DNA of 32,350 bases from Lachnospiraceae bacterium (GTDB lineage Bacteria > Bacillota > Clostridia > Lachnospirales > Lachnospiraceae). Below, one piece after another: positions 1 to 9,310 of the stretch. The notes beneath the pieces were generated by a model. The model worked only from the letters and a program-made list of their open reading frames with translations, was not told the origin of the DNA and made no database searches. Both the position numbers and the translations under genes were made by a program. The stretch covers positions 1-32,350 of the forward strand of contig JAFTPY010000287.1 of NCBI GenBank assembly GCA_017463035.1. Direction: 5' to 3'. The number at the start of each line of letters is the position of its first letter. Within the stretch, counting starts at the first letter, position 1.

Positions 1-131
1 AAGAGACTTTCAAAATGTGGCAACCCTGTGTTCTTTGTAAAAACGCGGAAAAGAAAGCAGAAGAACCACGCCACGCCCGAGCCGCCGCGCAGAGGAGGGC
101 GGGTGGGGAGAAAATCTGCAAGAAGAAAAAA

Positions 132-163
132 CGGTTCTGACTTTTGCGGGCAGAACAGTTTTT
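132..163. terminator. Weak hairpin with flanking T/A runs; possible bidirectional terminator
   Basis: GTTCTG (134-139) pairs with CAGAAC (151-156) around an 11-nt loop. TTTTT follows on the + strand and TTTTTT follows on the - strand (rc of 125-130). The stem is only 6 bp. Confidence 0.3.
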
Positions 164-331
164 ATAAATATGCCTATTCTTTTAACCATACCTGGCCGAG
201 AACGCCTTTGATTTCGACTTCGGCGTTGTACTGTAGTTCATAGGAGCCTTGTCCGTTTTTGCTGGAGTGGCACATGACAATGCGTTTGCGCACCTTGAAG
301 TGGCATGCTGCATTTTTGGACTTTTGTATGC

Positions 332-718
332 TTACTTACGAAATTTTTCTGTTCTGATTTTATAAATCAAATACATAACCGAATGTGTCAACATCAAAAC
401 CCCGAAATATCCGGGAACCGCAAAGAAAGCATAAATAAATTGTCCGATACCGCCGAAGAACATGCCCCCGTCCGACGGAATAATCTCGAAATAGTGCAAG
501 AGAATCTGGACTGCGGAACCGATAAGGTGGTGCAGCAACAGAATCCACGGAATATATTTTTTGCGGTTTACGATGATGTAAAAAATCAAGTATACGAAGG
601 AAAGGATTCCTGCGGTGACTAAAAATCCGTCTGCGGCCTCGTGCAGGACGAAAAAACCGAGGACGATTAATACGGCATGAAACATATAGGCAATGAAAAT
701 TTGAAGTTTTGTTGTCAT
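332..718 (-). CDS. Small integral membrane protein (about 4 TM helices), function unknown
   Basis: 128-aa ORF made of strongly hydrophobic segments. A GGGGAG SD lies 7 nt upstream of the ATG. The gene starts 41 nt after the AraC gene stop on the same strand. Confidence 0.6.
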   Translation of the reverse strand: MTTKLQIFIAYMFHAVLIVLGFFVLHEAADGFLVTAGILSFVYLIFYIIVNRKKYIPWILLLHHLIGSAVQILLHYFEIIPSDGGMFFGGIGQFIYAFFAVPGYFGVLMLTHSVMYLIYKIRTEKFRK

Positions 719-759
719 TGAATTTCTCCCCTCTCTTACGGAAAACTTGAGCGTCCCGG

Positions 760-1749
760 CTATTTTTGCTGTTTGTCGCGGGTTTGGGTGACGCGTCGGT
801 TTTCTTTGTTGAATTCTTTAAATTCGGTCGGTGTACATTCTTTGAATTTTTTAAATACCCGGTTAAAGGTGGATATGCTGGCGAAGCCGGATTGCAGGGC
901 GATTTCCGTAATCGGCAGGTTCGGGTCTAACAATAACGTCTCCGCTGCCTTGATTCTTCTGGCACAGAGGTAATCGTAAAAGGCGGTGTCGGTAAACTGC
1001 CGGAACAGACGGGAAAAATGAAATTTGGAAAACCCGATTTGTGCCGCTACTTCTTCTAATGTAATATCTTCCATATAGTGGTGTTCGATATAATCAAAGA
1101 CAATATTAAACTTTTCTATGTATTCCCGTTGCTTGTTCGGCTGCATTGCGGGAAGAGAGGCGGGGATTGTGTCGTCACTGTTTCTGGCCAGCAGAACGAA
1201 AAACTGAATCAGCATGGCAAGAATGGACGGTTCGGCCAGGTCGTCGCCGTTGGCATATTCTTCAGCGATTTGTACCAGTAAGGCACGTACCTTTTCGTAG
1301 ATATCCGGCATGGTCTCCGGCGTAATCGGAGCGGAAATGGACGGGCGTGAGAATAATCGGGTAAAGCCTTTGAATTTGGTTAGGCCGGACAAATCAAACA
1401 GCAATACCAGACGATAACCGCCGGGAGGGGGAGTCAGCTCGTGCAGTTCTCCCGGAGGGATAATAAGAATCTCGTTTTCTTTCAAAAGGTATTCGTTTTT
1501 GTTTATTGTGACGGTATAGCCGTTTTGGAGCGGCATAATGATTTCTACGGTGGAGTGCCAGTGAAGAGGAAAGTTCCCCGGTTCATGGTTAATCCAGAGA
1601 AAAACGGAGGAATAGTCCTTGGAACGATGGGTTCTCTCATGGGTGCCGGCAATTTCCCTTTCGCGGAAGGATGCGTTACGCTCGCAGACCTTTTGACGTA
1701 ATTCTGCCAGATGTTCGATGTCGAAAGAAGTAGATTCAGTATTCAGCAT
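760..1749 (-). CDS. AraC family transcriptional regulator (N-terminal cupin sugar-binding domain plus C-terminal HTH)
   Basis: The cupin-like segment is HWHSTVEIIMPL...IIPPGELHEL. The C-terminal AraC HTH signature is FSKFHFSRLFRQ...ITEIALQSGFASISTFNRVFKKF. A GGAGGTG SD lies 7 nt upstream. The gene is divergent from the sugar operon. Confidence 0.9.
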   Translation of the reverse strand: MLNTESTSFDIEHLAELRQKVCERNASFREREIAGTHERTHRSKDYSSVFLWINHEPGNFPLHWHSTVEIIMPLQNGYTVTINKNEYLLKENEILIIPPGELHELTPPPGGYRLVLLFDLSGLTKFKGFTRLFSRPSISAPITPETMPDIYEKVRALLVQIAEEYANGDDLAEPSILAMLIQFFVLLARNSDDTIPASLPAMQPNKQREYIEKFNIVFDYIEHHYMEDITLEEVAAQIGFSKFHFSRLFRQFTDTAFYDYLCARRIKAAETLLLDPNLPITEIALQSGFASISTFNRVFKKFKECTPTEFKEFNKENRRVTQTRDKQQK

Positions 1750-2300
1750 AAACAGCTCACCTCCATATAATTGTTGTTAAATTTGCCTAGATTGGCATGC
1801 GGATACAACAATAAAATGCAAATACATACAATTTGTCAAAAATTGCTATTTCTATGATAGGAAAAGCAAAGGATAAAATGCATAAAAAAACTTCTGAAAA
1901 AGCGTATTTTATACTTGAAATTATACAAATATCATAATATAATTGGAGTAGGTTGTAAAGAGCCCTTTTAAAAATAGTCTGTTTCATACAGATTGCGACA
2001 TAACGGAGCAACAGATGAAAGTTCGAAAAGCAATATTTGATAAGCGCATTTTCGAAAAAAAGACTATAATGGCACTATACGCTACAAAAAAAGCTTTTTC
2101 CGATGTCGCCGTTTTTGGTGATTATGTACAAAATCGGAAACAGCACCCCTTTGGTTATTTTTTTTTGCAGAGGGAAGAAAGCCGATCCACATTTTACAAA
2201 GGCTGTGTGAACAGCCTTGATTGAGGTGTGCACCGGCTTTGGTTTGTCGTAAAGACAAATCGTTGTGCAAAGGGAATATGCACAAAGAAAGGAGAAAACT

Positions 2301-5225
2301 ATGTCAAAAGGAAAGAGAATATTCCTTACTGTAGTCGGAGTCGTGGCTGTGATTGCTGTGATTGTTGTAGTCAGCAAGCTCACCGGCGGCGACAATAACT
2401 TCAGTGAAAAGTATGAGGGAGCGAATCTCGAGACAAAGGGTGATTTCAAACGTACAGGTACATATACCGTATATTTGGAAGAGCACAAGGATTCCTCCAG
2501 ACCGCAGGGTGAAGAAATCGTGGTAGATCTTGCAAAGTACAACAAGGACAATGCAGAAAATACCGAGATTCTTACCGATTACCAGGGTGAGGCCAGCGTG
2601 CTTTACCAGGGAGACGGAGGCTATACCGAATGGCAGGTGACGATTCCGGAGGCGGGATTGTACCGTGCATATATTGAGTATTATCCGGTAGAGTCCAGAG
2701 GTGTAAGCATGGAGCGCAGCTTCTTAATTAACGGAGAGTTGCCGTTTTCCGGTTCCGATGCTTTGACGTTTACGAGACGTTGGGCAGATGCGGCTGCAGT
2801 TGTTACCGATAACCAGGGTAATGACCGTCGTCCGTCCCAGACCGAGAAGCCGGATTGGTGTTCCGCTTACTTTACGGACTATATGGGATATTATACAGAC
2901 CCGTATGAGTATTATTTCGAAGCCGGCACCAACACCATCGCATTGGATGCGGTGAACGAGCCGATGGCAATCCGTAAGATTTCCATCCGTCCGGTTGAGA
3001 AGGCATTGACTTATGAAGAGTACCTGGCAGCATGCCCGCAGGTTTCCGGCGGCGAGGATTACTTCAACGAGGTACAGGGTGAAGCGTCTACGGTACGTTC
3101 CGCACAGTCTCTGTATGCACGTTCCGACCATGCGTCCGCAAATACGGTTCCGTACAGTGTAACCCAGACGAAGTTAAACTACGGCGGCGGCGAGCAGTGG
3201 AAGGTTGCCGGTCAGTGGATGGAATGGGATATTACCGTTCCGGCAGACGGCTTCTACAACATTACCGTAAAGTCCCGTCAGTCTTATAACCGTGGCCGGG
3301 TATCCAACCGTGCGATTTACATCGACGGTGAGATTCCGTTTGAGGGATTAGGGGCTGTGGCATTCCCGTACAGCACCGACTGGATGAACATAACCCTTGC
3401 GGATGCCGAGGGCAATCCTTATGACATTTATCTGACCGCAGGTACCCATACCCTTCGTATGGAGGTTACCATGGGTGAGCTCGGTGATATTTTAAATGAG
3501 TTACAGGATTCCGTTATCCGTATGAATGATATGTATCGTACCATTCTCGTATATACCGGTGCTGTTCCGGATAAGAACCGTGACTATGACTTAGACAAGG
3601 TTTATCCGGAGGTTATGGAAGCAATGGACATCGAGTACAAGCGTTTGTACAAGACCATCGATGAGTACGTTGCATATACCGGTGAGCTTTCCGGTGATAT
3701 CGCAAATGTGCAGAAGCTGGCAAAGCAGATGGAAACCTTCATGAAGAAGCCGGAGAAGATTTCCAAGCAGTTTGCTACCTTTAAGAGTAACATCAGTTCC
3801 GTCGGTACTTCTATTATGAGCTTGGCAGAGGCACCGCTTGATATCGACCTGATTACCGTAACCGGTGTAAATGCACAGCCGAAGGAAGTTGAGACCAGCT
3901 TTTTCAAGAGTGCGGGTCACACCATTCGTTCCTTTATCGCTTCCTTTACCGTAGACTATGATGCTCTCGGTAATGTATATGAAGACGAGGAGGCAATTAC
4001 CGTTTGGATTACCACCGGTCGTGACCAGAGTAATGTATTAAAGGCTCTTGTGGATGATATTTTCACTCCGACCACCGGTATTCCGGTGAACATTAAGCTT
4101 GTACAGGGTACCGGTATGGTATTAAATGCAACCTTAGCAGGCACCGGCCCGGACATCGCAATTGAGATGGCACAGGGCGACCCGGTAAACTACGCACTTC
4201 GTAATGCAGCAGAGAAGATTAATCAGTTTGAGGGCTGGGAAGAAGTGCTTGCGGAGTATCCGGCAAGTGCAGTCGCACCGTACTGGTTCGAAGGTGATTT
4301 ATACGGTATTCCGTTGACTCATGTATACAACGTTATGTTCTATCGTAACGATATTTTAGAGGATCTCGGTGTTGAGGCTCCGGATACATGGCTTGATCTT
4401 ATCGACATGTTACCGACCTTGCAGCAGAATAACCTGGAAGTAGCGATTCCGTCCACTGAGCGTCAGATCAGCGGTACCACAAATCCGGACTTGTCCACCT
4501 TCATTGCTCTGTTGTATCAGAACGGCGGCTCTATGTATAGCGACAAGTTAACGAAGAGTACCCTTGCCAGCGAGGCAGGTGTTAAGGCTTTTGAATTGTA
4601 CACCAGCTTCTACAGCGATTACGGACTTCCGGTTGCATATGACTTTGCAAACCGTTTCCGTTCCGGTGAAATGCCGATCGGTATGCAGGACTACGATACC
4701 TACAATAACTTAGTAGTATTGGCTCCGGAAATCAGAGGTCTTTGGGAGTTTGCATTGATTCCTGGTACGGAGCAGGAGGACGGCACCATCGACCGTTCCG
4801 CTTCCTCTTGGGGCACCTCTTCCATGATACTTAAGAAGGATGACCGTTCCGAGGAAATGACCCAGAAGTGTTGGGAGTTCATGAAGTGGTGGGCGAATTC
4901 CGAGACCCAGACCAGATACGGTCGTGAGCTGGAGGCAGTTATGGGTACCGCCGCAAGATACAAGACCGCGAACAAGGTTTCCTTCGAGGAGCTTCCGTGG
5001 AGTGTAGACGAGATGACTGTCTTAAGAGAGCAGTGGTCTTGGACCGAGGAGGTTCCGGAAATCCCGGGCGGTTACTTCGTTACCCGTCACGTAACCAACG
5101 CAGCACGTAAGGTATACAACGAGAAGATGGACCCGCGTGAGACCTTGCTTGACTATGTAGACACCATTAACGACGAAATCACGAAGAAACGTGAAGAGTT
5201 TGGTTTAGCTATCGAGATAGAGTAG
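2301..5225 (+). CDS. Giant (975 aa) membrane-anchored extracellular solute-binding protein: N-terminal TM helix, two tandem CBM-like beta-sandwich repeats, a helical linker and a family-1 ABC sugar-binding domain
   Basis: I chose the ATG at 2301 (MSKGKRIFLTVVGVVAVIAVIVVV) because AAAGGAG lies 7 nt upstream; the ORF track begins at 2265. The internal duplication and the C-terminal SBP-like region (ITVWITTGRDQS...YGIPL...FYRNDIL) are visible in the translation. Confidence 0.85.
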   Translation: MSKGKRIFLTVVGVVAVIAVIVVVSKLTGGDNNFSEKYEGANLETKGDFKRTGTYTVYLEEHKDSSRPQGEEIVVDLAKYNKDNAENTEILTDYQGEASVLYQGDGGYTEWQVTIPEAGLYRAYIEYYPVESRGVSMERSFLINGELPFSGSDALTFTRRWADAAAVVTDNQGNDRRPSQTEKPDWCSAYFTDYMGYYTDPYEYYFEAGTNTIALDAVNEPMAIRKISIRPVEKALTYEEYLAACPQVSGGEDYFNEVQGEASTVRSAQSLYARSDHASANTVPYSVTQTKLNYGGGEQWKVAGQWMEWDITVPADGFYNITVKSRQSYNRGRVSNRAIYIDGEIPFEGLGAVAFPYSTDWMNITLADAEGNPYDIYLTAGTHTLRMEVTMGELGDILNELQDSVIRMNDMYRTILVYTGAVPDKNRDYDLDKVYPEVMEAMDIEYKRLYKTIDEYVAYTGELSGDIANVQKLAKQMETFMKKPEKISKQFATFKSNISSVGTSIMSLAEAPLDIDLITVTGVNAQPKEVETSFFKSAGHTIRSFIASFTVDYDALGNVYEDEEAITVWITTGRDQSNVLKALVDDIFTPTTGIPVNIKLVQGTGMVLNATLAGTGPDIAIEMAQGDPVNYALRNAAEKINQFEGWEEVLAEYPASAVAPYWFEGDLYGIPLTHVYNVMFYRNDILEDLGVEAPDTWLDLIDMLPTLQQNNLEVAIPSTERQISGTTNPDLSTFIALLYQNGGSMYSDKLTKSTLASEAGVKAFELYTSFYSDYGLPVAYDFANRFRSGEMPIGMQDYDTYNNLVVLAPEIRGLWEFALIPGTEQEDGTIDRSASSWGTSSMILKKDDRSEEMTQKCWEFMKWWANSETQTRYGRELEAVMGTAARYKTANKVSFEELPWSVDEMTVLREQWSWTEEVPEIPGGYFVTRHVTNAARKVYNEKMDPRETLLDYVDTINDEITKKREEFGLAIEIE

Positions 5226-5238
5226 AAAGGAGGATGAC

Positions 5239-6177
5239 ATGAGTAATAATACTTTATCGCTGTATTTGCGTAAGAAAAAAAGAGAAAGACAGATTATGTG
5301 GAAAAAGGCGAAGGCAAATAAGACCTGTTACCTGTTCATTCTGCCTTACTTCCTGTTGTTTTTTGTATGTTTTATCTTACCGATTGCAATGTCCCTGTTC
5401 TTAAGCTTCACTTACTTTAACGTACTGGAGGCTCCGGAATGGCGCGGCATGCAGAACTACATCAACTTAATTCTTGCCGACGACGTATTCCTTACCTCTG
5501 TAAAGAACACCTTCGTTTTGGCGGGTATTATCGGACCGGTAGGATACATTGCCTCCTTCCTGTTCGCATGGATGATTAACGAGCTGCCGCGTTATTTAAG
5601 AGCGGTTGCGGTCGTAGTATTCTACGCTCCGTCCCTTGCGGCAGGTTCTACCATGGCAATCTGGAAGATTATCTTTAACAACGACCCGTACGGTTGGATT
5701 AACTCCTTACTGCAGGTGTTCGGACAGGAGCCGGTGCTCTGGCTTTCCAATCCGGCGTATATGTTGGTTGTAGTAATCGTTGTTTCCGTTTGGTCCAGCA
5801 TGGGTGCAGGCTTCCTTGGTTTCGTAGCAGGTTTCCAGGGTATTGACCATTCTTACTACGAGGCTGCCTATGTAGACGGTTTGAAGAACCGTATGCAGGA
5901 GCTCTGGTACATCACCCTTCCGAGCATGAAGCCGATGCTTATGTTCGGTGCAATCAACTCCATTACCACCGCATTTAACGTATCCGATATTCCGGAGCAG
6001 TTGTGTGGTAACCCGAGTACGGACTATGCGGTACATACCGTTGTTACACACTTGAAGGACTATGGTAGTGTCCGCTTTGAGATGGGTTATGCATCCGCAA
6101 TCGCTACCGTTCTCTTCCTTGCAATGCTTCTTTGTCATAAGTTAGTACAGAAGATATTAATGAGAGTCGGAAATTAA
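5239..6177 (+). CDS. Carbohydrate ABC transporter permease (MalF/CUT1 type)
   Basis: Six hydrophobic segments and an EAA-like loop (YEAAYVDGLKNRMQELWYITLPSMKP). A strong AAGGAGG SD is present. The gene is adjacent to the SBP gene. Confidence 0.9.
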   Translation: MSNNTLSLYLRKKKRERQIMWKKAKANKTCYLFILPYFLLFFVCFILPIAMSLFLSFTYFNVLEAPEWRGMQNYINLILADDVFLTSVKNTFVLAGIIGPVGYIASFLFAWMINELPRYLRAVAVVVFYAPSLAAGSTMAIWKIIFNNDPYGWINSLLQVFGQEPVLWLSNPAYMLVVVIVVSVWSSMGAGFLGFVAGFQGIDHSYYEAAYVDGLKNRMQELWYITLPSMKPMLMFGAINSITTAFNVSDIPEQLCGNPSTDYAVHTVVTHLKDYGSVRFEMGYASAIATVLFLAMLLCHKLVQKILMRVGN

Positions 6178-6239
6178 TTTTACGGCGACCATACAATGAA
6201 GCATGCAGAGTTCTGTAAATAAAGAAAAGGAGAGAAGCG

Positions 6240-7103
6240 ATGAAAAAATTTAAATTAAAGCATAGAAAACCGGGCCGTTCCCGTGGCGGCGACCTCGGCG
6301 TATACATCATTTTGTTAATGTTCGGCTTTATGTTTGCGATTCCGCTTGTAATGCAGGTGTGTCAGGCATTTAAGCCGTTGGATGAACTTTTTAAGTTCCC
6401 GCAGACCATTTTGGTTCGAAACCCTACGTTAAACAACTTTAAGGACCTGTTTGTAATTATGGGTCAGTCCTGGGTACCGTTTTCCAGATACATATTCAAT
6501 ACTGTATTTATTACAGCAATCGGTACCGCAGGTCAGCTCTTAATCGCATCCATGGGTGCGTATGTACTTGCAAAGTATGACTTCCCAGGCGGAAGAAAGC
6601 TGTTCGCGATGATTACAACAGCCATGATGTTTAACAACTACGTTACAGCAATTCCGCTTTACCTTGTTATGGCAAAGTGCGGATGGCTGGATACCTTTAT
6701 TGCACCGATTCTTCCGGCACTGGCAGCTCCGATGGGTCTCTTCCTTATGAAGCAGTTCATGGAAGGTATTCCGGATTCCCTGCTTGAGGCAGCGAAAATC
6801 GACGGTGCAAAGGAATGGGGTATCTTTACGAAGATTGTCATGCCGAACGTTAAGCCGGCATGGTTGACCCTTATTATTTTCTCGGTACAGAGTCTTTGGA
6901 ACAATGCGCAGTCTACCTACATTTTCTCCGAGGAATTAAAGACTCTTCCGTATGCTCTCGGTCAGGTTACCGCAGGTGGTGTAGCCCGTGCGGGTGCAGG
7001 TGCAGCGGTTGGTTTGTTCATGATGATTGTACCGATCGGTATCTTCATTTTCTCCGAGAGTAACATCTTAGAGACGATGGCTAGTTCGGGTATTAAGGAA
7101 TAG
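6240..7103 (+). CDS. Carbohydrate ABC transporter permease (MalG/CUT1 type)
   Basis: EAA loop LLEAAKIDGAKEWGIFTKIVMPNVKP in a multi-TM protein, with an AAAGGAGAG SD. Confidence 0.9.
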   Translation: MKKFKLKHRKPGRSRGGDLGVYIILLMFGFMFAIPLVMQVCQAFKPLDELFKFPQTILVRNPTLNNFKDLFVIMGQSWVPFSRYIFNTVFITAIGTAGQLLIASMGAYVLAKYDFPGGRKLFAMITTAMMFNNYVTAIPLYLVMAKCGWLDTFIAPILPALAAPMGLFLMKQFMEGIPDSLLEAAKIDGAKEWGIFTKIVMPNVKPAWLTLIIFSVQSLWNNAQSTYIFSEELKTLPYALGQVTAGGVARAGAGAAVGLFMMIVPIGIFIFSESNILETMASSGIKE

Positions 7104-7115
7104 GAGGAGAGAATT

Positions 7116-8654
7116 ATGAAGCTTAAAAGAAAATTTGCGGCAGCTCTCCTTGCGGTAGCGACAATCGTCGCTGTATGCCCGGCAGGAGTTGCGAATGCAA
7201 CGGAAGTAAACAGTTATACCTATAATTACGATTACTGGGGATTGGAGTACGAATCTCCGGATGCGTACCGTCCGGTATCCTATACCGACGGTGCAGCTCT
7301 CGGTATTACGGCTTTGAAGGCTCCGAAGAGTATGTTCACCCGCGACAACAGCCTCTATATTGTAGACAGCGGTAACAATCGTATTCTTGAGCTTTTGGTG
7401 GAAGACACAGGTCTTTCCGTTGTAAGAGAGATTACCGGGTTCACCGGTGAGACGAAGGTGTTAAACGGCGAAGAGCCGGTGCTTACCTTCAATGCTCCGC
7501 AGGATATTTACGTTGCGGAAAACGGTGATATGTACATCACCGACCAGGCAAACTACAGAATCCTTCATTTGGATAAGGATTGTAACCTGATTAAAGAAAT
7601 GTTAAAGCCGGACAGCCCGCTTTTAGATCCGGAGAATCCGTTCGAACCGAATAAGATTGTAGTTGACCGTTCGGGACGTATGTTCGTTCTTGCAAAGAAC
7701 GTCAACAAGGGTGTTATGCAGTTCGAGGAGGAAGGTAATTTCGTGGGCTTTATCGGTGCAAGTGAGGTTGTCTTCAGCATGGCGGACATGATTAAGAAGA
7801 CCTTCTCCACCAAGGCACAGAGAGATCAGATGATTGACTTTGTACCGACGGAGTACAACAACCTCTACATTGACAATAAGTCCTTTATCTACTGTACCAC
7901 CGAAGTGTTCGAGGAAGCTGATTTGGATGCGGGAACCGCAAAGCCGATTCGTAGGTTAAATTCCCTCGGCGGAGATATTCTTATCCGTAACGGTGAGATG
8001 CCTCCTTGCGGTGACTGGCAGTGGGGTGATGCGGCAGGTATGAGCGGTGCGTCCAGAATCGTGGATATTACCGCAATGGATGACGAGACCTACTACGTTG
8101 TAGACCGTGTCCGCGGCCGTTTGTTCGGTTATGATGAGCAGGGACATCTGCTTTACGCCTTCGGCGGTCCGGGTAACCAGCTCGGTTACTTCACCTATCC
8201 GATTGCAATCGAGCATGTGGGAACCGACCTTTATGTACTGGATACCGTCACCGGCGGTATTACCAGATTCGCCAGAACCGAGTTCGGTGATTTGATTCAC
8301 AGCGCTTTGGATGAGTATGATGTAGGTAACTACGAAGGCTCCGCAGAGTACTGGGAAGAGGTACTTGCCATGAACGGTAACTACGAGCTGGCATACATCG
8401 GTATCGGACGTTCCTATCTTCGTCAGCAGGATTACAAGACCGCAATGGAATACTTTGAGGTTATGCGTGACGATGATAACTACTCCCGTGCATGGAAGTA
8501 TTATCGTAAGGACTGGATTGAAAACAACCTTGGTTATGTAATTATAGTACTTGTGGTACTCGGTTTCATTCCGGTTATTGTAAAGAAAATCAAAAAAATC
8601 AGATGGGAGGCGAAGGAGCAGTATGAGTATGAATCTGAAAGCAAAAATAAATAA
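7116..8654 (+). CDS. Secreted NHL-repeat beta-propeller protein with a TPR-like segment, a C-terminal TM anchor and a short K/E-rich cytoplasmic tail
   Basis: The signal peptide is MKLKRKFAAALLAVATIVAVCPAGVANA. NHL-like blades recur (LYIVDSGNNRILEL, MYITDQANYRILHL, YYVVDRVRGRLFGY, LYVLDTVTGGITRF). A TPR-like segment is YEGSAEYWEEVLAMNGNYELAYIGIGRSYLRQQDYKTAMEYF. The TM helix is LGYVIIVLVVLGFIPVIV. A TAGGAGGAG SD is present. Confidence 0.75.
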   Translation: MKLKRKFAAALLAVATIVAVCPAGVANATEVNSYTYNYDYWGLEYESPDAYRPVSYTDGAALGITALKAPKSMFTRDNSLYIVDSGNNRILELLVEDTGLSVVREITGFTGETKVLNGEEPVLTFNAPQDIYVAENGDMYITDQANYRILHLDKDCNLIKEMLKPDSPLLDPENPFEPNKIVVDRSGRMFVLAKNVNKGVMQFEEEGNFVGFIGASEVVFSMADMIKKTFSTKAQRDQMIDFVPTEYNNLYIDNKSFIYCTTEVFEEADLDAGTAKPIRRLNSLGGDILIRNGEMPPCGDWQWGDAAGMSGASRIVDITAMDDETYYVVDRVRGRLFGYDEQGHLLYAFGGPGNQLGYFTYPIAIEHVGTDLYVLDTVTGGITRFARTEFGDLIHSALDEYDVGNYEGSAEYWEEVLAMNGNYELAYIGIGRSYLRQQDYKTAMEYFEVMRDDDNYSRAWKYYRKDWIENNLGYVIIVLVVLGFIPVIVKKIKKIRWEAKEQYEYESESKNK

Positions 8655-9291
8655 GTCTGCTTGGACGAGATACAAAGAGTCTCTCAAGTATGCGCTGTAT
8701 ATTATGACTCACCCGTTTGATGGCTTTTGGGATTTGACCCACGAAAAGAGAGGTTCCATGGCAGCGGCAAATACACTGCTTATCCTGACGTTCCTGACAA
8801 ATCTCTGGGCAATGCGTTTTACGAACTTTATGTTCAATGATGTGCGTTGGGAACGTGTCAATATCTGGTCTCAGGTAGCAGGTATTCTGGCACCGCTTCT
8901 TCTCTACGTTGTGGCAAACTGGTGTCTTACCACGTTGTTCGACGGTAAGGGACGTATGAAGGATGTATATATGGGTATGTGTTACTCCCTTACACCATAT
9001 ATTCTTATTACGAATCCGATTACGATTATCAGTAATTTCGTGACAATGGAGGAAGGTGCATTCCTTGCTTACTTTGATTATTTGGCACTTGGCTGGGCAT
9101 TCTGTCTGATTCTCATTTCCGTAATGCAGATTCATGACTACTCCCTTGGTAAGGCTATTATGGCAATTTTATTCTCTGCTGTGGGAATGATGATTATTGT
9201 ATTCTTGGTAATGCTGTTCTTCAGCTTGGTAAGTGATGCGATTGCATTCTTCATCTCCATCGGTAAAGAGATATTGTTGCGTGTGTACTAA
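8623..9291 (+). CDS. Yip1-domain-like multipass membrane protein (about 5 TM)
   Basis: Soluble N-terminus (YALYIMTHPFDGFWDLTHEKRGS) followed by five hydrophobic helices. An AAGGAG SD lies 5 nt upstream. The gene overlaps the preceding gene by 32 nt. The Yip1 assignment is from recollection of the family architecture and is not verified. Confidence 0.7.
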   Translation: MSMNLKAKINKSAWTRYKESLKYALYIMTHPFDGFWDLTHEKRGSMAAANTLLILTFLTNLWAMRFTNFMFNDVRWERVNIWSQVAGILAPLLLYVVANWCLTTLFDGKGRMKDVYMGMCYSLTPYILITNPITIISNFVTMEEGAFLAYFDYLALGWAFCLILISVMQIHDYSLGKAIMAILFSAVGMMIIVFLVMLFFSLVSDAIAFFISIGKEILLRVY

Positions 9292-9310
9292 GCGAAAGGA
9301 GGAAGTTTAA

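Noticed and set aside
28-243. 71-aa + strand ORF at the window start (Arg/Lys/Gly-rich, low complexity)
   Set aside because: No SD. The composition is driven by a GC-rich tract followed by an AT-rich tract. The ORF spans a terminator-like hairpin and looks non-coding.
174-293. Short - strand ORF (33-39 codons, ...RKRIVMCHSSKNGQGSYELQYNAEVEIKGVLGQVWLKE) between the small membrane gene and the hairpin at 132-163
   Set aside because: Neither the GTG at 293 nor the ATG at 275 has a convincing SD, and the ORF is below the track cut-off. It could be a gene remnant or a small protein, but the sequence alone cannot support a call.
1787-2551. ORFs in or overlapping the AraC/SBP divergent intergenic region (1787-2011 -, 2015-2224 +, 2075-2551 -, 2082-2285 -)
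   Set aside because: The region is AT-rich promoter DNA. The ORFs have no SD and odd composition, and one overlaps the well-supported SBP gene in antisense.
7956-8687. 243-aa antisense ORF opposite the NHL-repeat gene
   Set aside because: It is a shadow ORF inside a gene with clear signal peptide, repeat and TM logic on the + strand. It has no SD and no recognisable motifs.
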